Source: an uncultured Verrucomicrobiota bacterium
GTDB lineage: Bacteria > Verrucomicrobiota > CALLYA01 > CAYNBQ01
Assembly (NCBI GenBank): GCA_964395275.1
Contig: CAYNBQ010000003.1
Span: forward strand, 5,883-69,882
Length of the DNA: 64,000 nt
Reading direction: 5' to 3'
Under the pieces are notes generated by a model. The model had not been told where the DNA came from. It saw only the letters and a program-made list of their open reading frames with translations, and did no database searches. The position numbers and the translations under genes were made by a program. This document shows positions 45,055 to 53,398 of this stretch, piece after piece. Positions within the stretch are counted from its first letter, which is position 1, and each line of letters begins with the position of its first letter.

Positions 45055-48000
45055 AGATCAGCAGGTTCTCCATTCATCATCGGGCGACCGTCTACGTGCT
45101 GCTCGTCGGCCTGATCGTGGCGGGCGTCTACAGCTACGTGACGCTGCCGCGGGAGGCGGCGCCGGACATCCAGATCCCGATGGTCCTGGTGCGCGCCCTC
45201 TACGAAGGAGTGTCGCCCAAGGACATGGAATCCCTCGTGGCGGTGCCGCTGGAGAAGAAGCTCAGCGGCGTCGATCGCGTCAAGGAGATGTTGTCGATCT
45301 CCGTGGAAGGGATGACGCTGATCAGCCTTGAGTTCGACGCCGACTACGACATCGACGACGCGCTGCAGAAGGTCCGGGACAAGGTCAGCGAGGCCGAACC
45401 CGATCTGCCGCTCGACGTGGAGACCCCGTCGGTGGAGGAGATCAACCTGTCCGAATTCCCGATCGTCCTGGTCAGTCTCTACGGGGACGTCGGTCCCGTG
45501 CGTCTCAAGCAGGTGGCCGACGAACTCGAGGACCGGTTCGACGGAATCCCGGGCGTGCTGGATGCGCAGGTCATCGGCGGGCTCGAACGCGAGATCCGCG
45601 CCGAGTTCGATCCGGAACGGCTGGCCGCCTACGAGCTGACGTTCGACGAGGTGGCCCGGTCGATCGAGACCGAGAACGTCAACGTTCCCGCGGGACGCAT
45701 GGACCTGGGACGAAGCCGGTATCTGGTCCGGGTGCCGGGGGAGTTCCATTCGGTCGACGAGATCTCGAAGGTCATCGTCGCCGTCCGCAACGGCCGCCCG
45801 GTGTACCTGGGCGACGTGGCGCGGATCATCGACGGGTTCAAGGATCGCGAGACGTATTCGCGGCTCAACGGCCGGGAAAGCGTGACCGTTTCGATCCAGA
45901 AGCGTTCCGGGGAAAACGTGATCCGGATCTCCGACGACATCCGCAGGATCCTTGAGGAGGAGAGCGAAGGCTTTCCCCGGGGAATGCGCTACGCCATCAC
46001 CCTGGATCTCTCCGACGACATCCGCACGATGGTGGCCGACCTGGAGAACAACATCTTCTCCGGACTCGTGCTGGTGATCACCGTGATCTTCCTGTTCATG
46101 GGGGGCCGCAACGCGCTTTTCGTGGCCCTGTCCATTCCCTATTCGATGGCGATCTCCTTCGTCGGACTCCAGATGGCGGGGATCACGTTGAACATGGTGG
46201 TGCTTTTCGCCCTGACCCTCGCCCTGGGCATGCTGGTCGACAACGCGGTGGTGATCGTCGAGAACATCTATCGACACCGCCAGGAGGGCTACGGCCGGGT
46301 GGAGGCGGCCGAACTGGGCGCCGACGAGGTGGCCCGGGCGGTGATCGCGTCGACCCTGACCACGCTGGCGGCCTTTTTCCCGATCCTTTTCTGGCCGAAC
46401 GTGATGGGGAAATTCATGGCCTTCCTGCCCAAGACGGTAATCCTGGCGCTGACGGCGTCGCTCTTCGTGGCGCTGGTGGTGAACCCGGCCCTCTGCGCAC
46501 GGTTTCTCAAGCTGAAAGAGGAAAAGGCGGGCGCGAAATCCCGACGGCATGAGCGGCACCGCGTGTTGCAGGGCTACGACCGGCTGCTCCGCAGCGCGCT
46601 GCGCCGGCCCGGGATCACGATCCTGCTGGCGGTGCTCGGACTCGCCGCCTCGATCATCCTCTTCGTCTTCTGGGGCGCCGGAACGGAGTTTCTGCCGACG
46701 ACCGAGCCGGACCGGGCCATCATCACGGTTCACGCCCCCGCCGGCACCCGCCTCGACGTCTCCGACCGGCTCGTCCGACGGGTCGAAGAGATCCTGGGCC
46801 GGTACGACGTGGTCGAGTACTACGTCAGCAACGTCGGTTCCTCGGCGGCGGCGGCCAATCCCTTCCAACCCGGCGGCATGGGCGGTCCCGCGCTCAGCCA
46901 GATCACCGTCGTCTTCCGCGAACGACGGGAGCGTCCGATGCCTTCGTCGGAGGCCATCCGGCGGATCCGCGAGGAACTGCGCGGCATCCCGGGCGCCCGG
47001 ATCGAGATCACCCAGGAGGAAAACGGGCCGCTGACGGGACCGCCGGTGAACGTGGAGATTCTCGGGGACGATCTCGACGAGCTGGACCGGCTGGCCGGCG
47101 AGGTTTCCCGTCGGATCCGGGACGTGCCCGGGCTGGTCGATCTGCAGGACGACATCGAGGAAGGCAACCCGGAGTTCCGTTTCCGAGTCGACCGGGCCAA
47201 GGCGGCCATGCTGGGGCTGCGCACCGCCTCGATCGGCCAGACCCTGAAGGCGGCGTTCAACGGGCTCGATGTGGGGGTCTACCGCGAAGGGGACGACGAG
47301 TACGACATCGTCGTTCGCCTGATGAAGGAGCGACGCAACGACCTGGGCACCCTGGAACAGCTCCGCGTGCCCGACGCCATGGGCCGGCCGATCCCGATCC
47401 TGGACGTGGCGCGCCTGGAACTGGCCCGGGGGCCGGGCGCCGTCCGTCGCGTGGACCAGAAACGCGCGGTGCACGTCCAGGCGGAAGTGGCCGGGCGGAA
47501 GGGCACCGAGGTACTCCGGGACGTCCGGAAACGACTCGAAGGATTCCACCTGCCGGCGGGATACCGCATCAAGTACCGCGGCGAGAGCGAGGATATCGAG
47601 GAGTCGAAGGAATTCCTGAACAAGGCGTTCGCGGGGGCGATCGGGCTGATCGCGCTGGTGCTGGTCACCGAGTTCAATTCCATCGCGCTCTCGCTGATCG
47701 TGCTGGCCTCGGTGCTGCTTTCGCTGGGCGGGGTGATGTTCGGGCTGCTGGTGACCCGTACGCCGTTCGGAATCATCATGACCGGGATCGGCGTCATCAG
47801 CCTCGCGGGGATCGTCGTGAACAATGCGATCGTGCTGATCGACTACACGGAACAACTGCGGGCGAGAGGAAGGAAGCTGCTTGACGCCGTGATCGAAGGC
47901 GGCCGCACCCGGTTCCGGCCGGTGATGCTGACGGCGGTGACGACGGTCTTCGGCCTGATCCCGATGGCGGTGGGGGTTTCCTTCGACGTGCGGCATTTCC

Positions 48001-48170
48001 GGTTCGAGATCGGCAGCGAGAGCAGCCAGTGGTGGGGACCGATGGCGGTGGCCGTGATCTTCGGACTGTCGGTGGCGACGATCCTGACGCTGGTCGTGGT
48101 GCCGACCCTCTACTACCTGGCCCGCCGGCGTTCGGAGGATGCCGCCGGCGGCGAATCGCGCGATTCTTGA
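45051..48170 (+). CDS. RND-family efflux transporter permease (AcrB/CzcA-like)
   Basis: 1039 aa. 12 TM with two large periplasmic loops. ATG overlaps the adaptor stop. Confidence 0.9.
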   Translation: MKISRFSIHHRATVYVLLVGLIVAGVYSYVTLPREAAPDIQIPMVLVRALYEGVSPKDMESLVAVPLEKKLSGVDRVKEMLSISVEGMTLISLEFDADYDIDDALQKVRDKVSEAEPDLPLDVETPSVEEINLSEFPIVLVSLYGDVGPVRLKQVADELEDRFDGIPGVLDAQVIGGLEREIRAEFDPERLAAYELTFDEVARSIETENVNVPAGRMDLGRSRYLVRVPGEFHSVDEISKVIVAVRNGRPVYLGDVARIIDGFKDRETYSRLNGRESVTVSIQKRSGENVIRISDDIRRILEEESEGFPRGMRYAITLDLSDDIRTMVADLENNIFSGLVLVITVIFLFMGGRNALFVALSIPYSMAISFVGLQMAGITLNMVVLFALTLALGMLVDNAVVIVENIYRHRQEGYGRVEAAELGADEVARAVIASTLTTLAAFFPILFWPNVMGKFMAFLPKTVILALTASLFVALVVNPALCARFLKLKEEKAGAKSRRHERHRVLQGYDRLLRSALRRPGITILLAVLGLAASIILFVFWGAGTEFLPTTEPDRAIITVHAPAGTRLDVSDRLVRRVEEILGRYDVVEYYVSNVGSSAAAANPFQPGGMGGPALSQITVVFRERRERPMPSSEAIRRIREELRGIPGARIEITQEENGPLTGPPVNVEILGDDLDELDRLAGEVSRRIRDVPGLVDLQDDIEEGNPEFRFRVDRAKAAMLGLRTASIGQTLKAAFNGLDVGVYREGDDEYDIVVRLMKERRNDLGTLEQLRVPDAMGRPIPILDVARLELARGPGAVRRVDQKRAVHVQAEVAGRKGTEVLRDVRKRLEGFHLPAGYRIKYRGESEDIEESKEFLNKAFAGAIGLIALVLVTEFNSIALSLIVLASVLLSLGGVMFGLLVTRTPFGIIMTGIGVISLAGIVVNNAIVLIDYTEQLRARGRKLLDAVIEGGRTRFRPVMLTAVTTVFGLIPMAVGVSFDVRHFRFEIGSESSQWWGPMAVAVIFGLSVATILTLVVVPTLYYLARRRSEDAAGGESRDS

Positions 48171-48242
48171 CGTCGTCGGAATCGGAGAGTCCGCGCGGCG
48201 CGATTCTGGACGCCCTTCGTCGATCCTCCTACAGATAAGAGT

Positions 48243-48785
48243 ATGAACCGACCGAAGGGATGGCGCCCGCTCCGGCTGCTGACCTCTCCGCTGGGACGTT
48301 CCCTTCTGTACATCGGCGCGGCCGCGGCGGTCTTCGGGTTCTGGCTGACCCCGATCCGCATCCAGGGGATCAGCATGAATCCGACCCTGGTTACCGGCCA
48401 GTACGCCTTGGTGGATCGCCTGGCGTATCGGAGGCATGGTCCGCAGCGCGGCGACATCGTCTGGCTCCGCGGCGGCGAGGGGCCGGAGCCGCTCTACTAC
48501 GTGAAACGCGTCGTCGGCCTGCCGGGCGAGCTGCTGGAGATCCGGGGCGGGCGGCTGTACATCGACGGTCGCCGGGTGCCGGAACCGTACACCTCGATCA
48601 ATCCGGACTGGTGGATCCGCCGGCGGATCCCCTCCGGTTATTACTACGTCGTCGGCGACAACCGTTCCATGTCTCCCGAGAATCATTGGCAGGGGATCCT
48701 GCCGCGGAGCTGGATCCTGGGACGGGTCCGATGGTGGCGGCACGGCGAGGGGACCGTTGCCGTCATGCGGGAACCGGGGCGGTGA
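48243..48785 (+). CDS. lepB: Signal peptidase I
   Basis: GISMNPTL (Ser box), YVKRVVGLPGE (Lys box), VGDNRSMSPENHWQ. Confidence 0.85.
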   Translation: MNRPKGWRPLRLLTSPLGRSLLYIGAAAAVFGFWLTPIRIQGISMNPTLVTGQYALVDRLAYRRHGPQRGDIVWLRGGEGPEPLYYVKRVVGLPGELLEIRGGRLYIDGRRVPEPYTSINPDWWIRRRIPSGYYYVVGDNRSMSPENHWQGILPRSWILGRVRWWRHGEGTVAVMREPGR

Positions 48786-48863
48786 TCGGGGAAAGAGGGA
48801 TCCGTTGCCGCGGCGCGGCGTCCGGATCGGGGGAACGAACACGAACGGCGGGAGAAGAAGGCG

Positions 48864-49364
48864 ATGATCAGGGGCAGGGTCTGGATCGGGGCGATCGTTT
48901 CGGCGGCGGTTCTCGCCGGCGTCGGGTTCTGGTTGTGGCATGCGAGAAGCGACGAGGCGAGGATCACGCACGCGGTGCGGGAATCCTGCGAAGCCGTTTC
49001 GAACAAGGACGTCCGGGGGGTGTTGAAGCATTGCGCGCCGGATTTCCGCCTCGAACCGATCGGGGGACCGGACGAGGTGCGGCCCTGGCTTTTCGTGGTT
49101 TTCCGGCAGGTCGGCGAGATCGAGGCGCGCCTGGACCGGATCACCGTCGAAGTGGCGCCGGACCGGCGCAGCGCCCGCGCGTGGGCGGTGATCCGGGGCC
49201 GGGCGGAGGGGGTGGGGCCGTCCTCCGGGGAATGGACGCAGGAACGTGTCCGCATCGATTTCGTCCGGGACGGGCGTCGCTGGCGGATCCGGGCGGCGGA
49301 ATTGCCGGATGCGGGGCGCTTCGGCGGGGACATCCGTCCCGAGGATCTGCGGGACCTGTTTTGA
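48864..49364 (+). CDS. Hypothetical membrane-anchored NTF2/SnoaL-like protein
   Basis: 166 aa with N-terminal TM IGAIVSAAVLAGVGFWLW and an alpha+beta cone-like remainder. Confidence 0.45.
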   Translation: MIRGRVWIGAIVSAAVLAGVGFWLWHARSDEARITHAVRESCEAVSNKDVRGVLKHCAPDFRLEPIGGPDEVRPWLFVVFRQVGEIEARLDRITVEVAPDRRSARAWAVIRGRAEGVGPSSGEWTQERVRIDFVRDGRRWRIRAAELPDAGRFGGDIRPEDLRDLF

Positions 49365-49521
49365 AGGGGTTTGCGGGGGCGCGGGGCGGCGCCTCTTGAC
49401 CCCCCGGGAGGGCCCATGTATCCTGACCATGGCGCGTTCGAATGAGGGGATGGGTCCGCAGGGTCCGGATGCGGATCCCTCGATGACGGCCATCGAACGC
49501 TTTCGGGGAGAGCGTTAAGGC

Positions 49522-50253
49522 ATGGCGAGTATCTTTTTGCGACGGCGTCGGAGCAACCCATCCCGGAAACGACCCCTTCCACGGAGGGGATTCACTCTCA
49601 TTGAATTGCTGGTGGTCATCGCCATCATCGCGATTCTGGCCGGCATGCTTCTGCCGGCGTTGAGCCGGGCGCGGGAGAAGGCCCGGCAGGCCAATTGCAT
49701 CGCGAATCTCAAGCAGTGGGGCGTGGCGCTGACGATGTACCTCGACGATTACGAGGGCTGGTTCCCCGACGAAGGCGCCGACGCCTCCGGCCGCTGGGAA
49801 CCGAACAATCTCCATGCCTGGTACAACGTGATGCCGCAGTACCTGGCGGAGGAACCCTTGCGGGACCTGGTGCGTTCGGGGCGGCCGCCGCGTCCGAAGG
49901 ACGGCACGATCTGGACCTGTCCGAGCGCCAAGGCGATCCCCGGGTTGGGCGCCTTCGATCCGTACATCTCCTACGCGTACAACAAGTTCATCATCGAGGC
50001 CTACCAGGGCAAGCCCCGCCGGAAGATCTCCGAGATCCGGCGCCCGTCGCAGTTCGTCTTTCTGGCGGAGGAATCCGGCAACCAGGCGATCACCTGGCCG
50101 AAGTACGCGGACTACCGACACAACGACAAGATCGATCTGCTCTTCGCGGACGGCCACGTCGCGGCGCATCCGAAGAGCCAGATCTACACGGAGAATCAGG
50201 CCGAAGTTAACCGCGGCGGGGTCATCTGGGATCCCGACGGGCCGCTCGACTGA
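49522..50253 (+). CDS. Prepilin-type N-terminal cleavage/methylation domain protein with H-X9-DG motif (DUF1559-like pseudopilin)
   Basis: [37 protein letters not shown]... C-terminal [12 protein letters not shown]. Confidence 0.8.
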   Translation: MASIFLRRRRSNPSRKRPLPRRGFTLIELLVVIAIIAILAGMLLPALSRAREKARQANCIANLKQWGVALTMYLDDYEGWFPDEGADASGRWEPNNLHAWYNVMPQYLAEEPLRDLVRSGRPPRPKDGTIWTCPSAKAIPGLGAFDPYISYAYNKFIIEAYQGKPRRKISEIRRPSQFVFLAEESGNQAITWPKYADYRHNDKIDLLFADGHVAAHPKSQIYTENQAEVNRGGVIWDPDGPLD

Positions 50254-50279
50254 AGGCGGCCAGATCGCAGGAGGACGGG

Positions 50280-52874
50280 ATGATGAAGAGGGGTTTCCGT
50301 GGTTCGTGGATGGTGCGAAGCGTGTTCGTCGCGGTGCTCGGGTTCCTTGCCGCGGGCGTCGCGGCGCAGGTGACCGACATCGCGGTCGTTCGCGAGGATC
50401 TCAACGGGGACACCCTGCCCGATCACATGGGGCAAAGCTTCACGATCCAGGGGTGGATCAACTCCCCGATGTATACGCCCACCCGGATCGATTTCTTCAT
50501 GGAAGACGCCACCGGCGGGATCAACATCAACACGACGCCGGGCGACTGGACCCTCCCGGAAGGGCTGCAGATCGGCGTCGAGGTGCTGGTCAGCGGGGTC
50601 GTCACCCAGTACCGGGGCAAGGCCGAACTGGATCCGACCTTCCTGCCGGACAACATCGAGGTGGTCGATCCGTCGCCGGCGACGCTCACGCCGGCGACGG
50701 TCACCATCGCGGAGATCCTGGCCGATCCCGAGAGCTACGAGGGCACCCTGGTGCGGGTGACCAACGCGTGGATCACGGCCGGCACGTTCCCGTGCGAAGG
50801 GTTCAACTGGAACCTGACGCTCGACGACGGGACGACGAACATCACGCTGCGCGTCGACGCCGACACCGACATCGACGGCCAGCCGACCTACACGACGGCG
50901 ATCGACGTCGTCGGCATCGTGAGCCAGTACGACAGCAGCGAGCCCTACGACTCCGGCTACCAGATCCTGCCGCGGGCGTACGATGATTTCACCCAGGTCG
51001 GCGCCGGCAACAACGCGCCGACGGTGGACTGTTTCGAGACGGATCCGCTGCTGGTGGAGGTCGGATCGACGGGCACGGTCGTCGTCGTGGCGCTCGACGC
51101 CGACCCGCTCGACGTGGTCGACCTGGTCGCCACGAATCTTCCCGCCAACGCCGAGTTCGTCGACAACGGGGACCGGACGGGGGTGTTGACCTTCGCGCCG
51201 GACGCCACGCAGTTCGGGCAGAGCTGGACGGTGACCATCATCGCCGACGACGGCACGGACACCGGCTCGCGCGATCTCGTTCTCGAGGCGCAGGCCGAAG
51301 ACAGCCCGTACCGGGGGCTCTTCGTGCTCAACGAGATCATGGCCGATCCGACGGGGTTCGATTCCAACGGCGACGGCGTTTTCAACACCAGCCAGGACGA
51401 GTACGCGGAGATCGTCTACACCGGCGAAGCGCCGATCGACGTGTCCGGCTTCGATCTCCACGACGACTACAGCTCGCGGCACGTCGTTCCCGCCGGAACG
51501 TCGCTGGTGCCGGGTCAGGCCCTGCTGGTCTTCGGCGGCGGAACCCCGACGGGGACCTTCGGCGGATCCGTCGTGCAGACGGCGTCCTCGGGAATGCTCG
51601 GCTTCGGCAACTACGGGGACACGATCACCCTGTTCGACGACCAGGGGCGACTGATCCTCACGGTGACCTACGGAGCGGAAGGCGGGGATGACCAGTCCCT
51701 GACGCTCGACCCGGACGTCACCGGGCCCGACTACGTCAAGCATACGCTGGCGACGGGATCCGGCGGCGCGCCGGGATCGCCGGGAACGAGGATCGACGGC
51801 TCGCACTTCACGTCGAACCAGCCGCCGGTGATCAACGAGATCGGCGACAAGGTGGTCGAGGTCGGGGCCGTGCTGGAGTTCACGGTGTCCGTTTCGGAGC
51901 CGGACGGCGATCCGGTCGCCTTCACCCGGCCCCAGCCGGCGGATCTGCCGCCGAACGCGAGCTTCACGGACAACGGCGACGGGACCGGGCTGTTCTCGAT
52001 GACCCCGGACGCCGGTCAGGAAGGGGAATCCTACCAGGTCGTCTTCCGCGCCGAGGACAAGGACGGGTTCGACGAAAAGACGATCACGATCGACGTGCTG
52101 GCGGCCGACGCCTACGGCGTGCTGGTGCTGAACGAGATCCTCTACGATCCGCATCCGGACGATCCGCCCGCGGTGCCCAACGGGGATGCGAACGGCGACG
52201 GCGACCGGCAGGGCAGCCAGGACGAGTTCATCGAGATCGTGAACACGGGCGACTCGTCGCTGGACATCAGCGGCCTGATCATCCGCGACGCCGTGGCGGT
52301 GCGGCACGTCTTCCCGGCGGGAACGATTCTTGCCCCGGGGCAGGCGGTCGTGGTCTTCGGCGGCGGAACGCCGACCGGCGATTTCGGCGGGTCGGTGGTC
52401 CAGACCGCCTCGACGGGGTTCCTCGGGCTCAACAACACCGGGGACACGGTCACGCTGCTCAAGCCGGACGACACGACGGTGATCGCCCAGTACAGCTACG
52501 ACGGTTCCGTGGCGGACCAGTCGATCACGCTGGATCCGGACCTGAGCGGCGCGGAATTCGTGGCGCATACGACGGCGGCTGGCGATCCGAACTCGGTGCA
52601 TTCGCCGGGGACGAAGATCGACGGCACGCCCTTTACGGCGGCGCCCGCGCCCGGGGAGATCGTGGGGATCGAGGCGGTTTCGGCGACGATGATCCGGTTG
52701 ACGTGGACGTCGACGGAGGGCGCCGTCTACTCCGTGGATCGCTCGGCCGGACTCGTGGAACCCGTCTGGACGGTGGTGGCGTCGGGGATCGCGTCGGGCG
52801 GCGCGACGACCTCGTACGACGTTCCGATCGACGGAATGGGCGCCGCCTTCTATCGCGTCGGCCGAAGCGACTGA
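50280..52874 (+). CDS. Large secreted protein with N-terminal OB-fold-like DNA-binding region and 2x [Ig/cadherin-like + lamin-tail (LTD)] domains
   Basis: Signal peptide, then two internal repeats each containing (V/L)LNEI(M/L)xDP...QDE(Y/F)xEIVxTG...GGGTPTG(T/D)FGGSVVQTAS(S/T)G...GDT(I/V)TL, typical of the LTD. Confidence 0.75.
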   Translation: MMKRGFRGSWMVRSVFVAVLGFLAAGVAAQVTDIAVVREDLNGDTLPDHMGQSFTIQGWINSPMYTPTRIDFFMEDATGGININTTPGDWTLPEGLQIGVEVLVSGVVTQYRGKAELDPTFLPDNIEVVDPSPATLTPATVTIAEILADPESYEGTLVRVTNAWITAGTFPCEGFNWNLTLDDGTTNITLRVDADTDIDGQPTYTTAIDVVGIVSQYDSSEPYDSGYQILPRAYDDFTQVGAGNNAPTVDCFETDPLLVEVGSTGTVVVVALDADPLDVVDLVATNLPANAEFVDNGDRTGVLTFAPDATQFGQSWTVTIIADDGTDTGSRDLVLEAQAEDSPYRGLFVLNEIMADPTGFDSNGDGVFNTSQDEYAEIVYTGEAPIDVSGFDLHDDYSSRHVVPAGTSLVPGQALLVFGGGTPTGTFGGSVVQTASSGMLGFGNYGDTITLFDDQGRLILTVTYGAEGGDDQSLTLDPDVTGPDYVKHTLATGSGGAPGSPGTRIDGSHFTSNQPPVINEIGDKVVEVGAVLEFTVSVSEPDGDPVAFTRPQPADLPPNASFTDNGDGTGLFSMTPDAGQEGESYQVVFRAEDKDGFDEKTITIDVLAADAYGVLVLNEILYDPHPDDPPAVPNGDANGDGDRQGSQDEFIEIVNTGDSSLDISGLIIRDAVAVRHVFPAGTILAPGQAVVVFGGGTPTGDFGGSVVQTASTGFLGLNNTGDTVTLLKPDDTTVIAQYSYDGSVADQSITLDPDLSGAEFVAHTTAAGDPNSVHSPGTKIDGTPFTAAPAPGEIVGIEAVSATMIRLTWTSTEGAVYSVDRSAGLVEPVWTVVASGIASGGATTSYDVPIDGMGAAFYRVGRSD

Positions 52875-52945
52875 TCTTCGGAGGGATCCGGACCGGAGGA
52901 TGGCTCGAGGGTTCTCCGGTCCTCCGAACGGGGAGGGATCTGCGC

Positions 52946-53344
52946 ATGGATGCGGAGGATCTGCAGCGGATCGAAACGGATCGGGCGCCGGCGGCGATCG
53001 GTCCCTATTCCCAGGCGGTGCGGTGCGGGGAATGGCTTTTCGTCTCCGGCCAGCTCGGGATGGATCCCGCCACCGGGGATCTCGTCGGACCCGGCGCCGA
53101 GGAACAGGCGGTCCAGGCCCTGAAGAATCTGGAGGAGATCTTGCACGCGGCCGGCGCTACGCCGGCGTCCGTGGTGAAGACAACGATTTTTCTCGCTGAC
53201 TTGGGCGATTTCGCGGGGGTGAACGCGGTCTATGCCGGGTTCTTCGGACCTTGGCGGCCCGCCCGTGCAACGGTCGAGGTCTCGCGGCTCCCGAAGGATG
53301 CCCGCGTGGAGATCGAAGCCGTTGCCCGCGTGTCGACGAACTGA
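52946..53344 (+). CDS. ridA: RidA/YjgF-family reactive-intermediate deaminase
   Basis: ...APAAIGPYSQAVRCGEWLFVSGQ...ARATVEVSRLPKDARVEIEAVA. GGGAGGG RBS. Confidence 0.85.
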   Translation: MDAEDLQRIETDRAPAAIGPYSQAVRCGEWLFVSGQLGMDPATGDLVGPGAEEQAVQALKNLEEILHAAGATPASVVKTTIFLADLGDFAGVNAVYAGFFGPWRPARATVEVSRLPKDARVEIEAVARVSTN

Positions 53345-53398
53345 TCCGGGCCGCGGCGTCGGGGGCGGGACGGCGGCGGCCGTCCCGATGCGGAGGCG

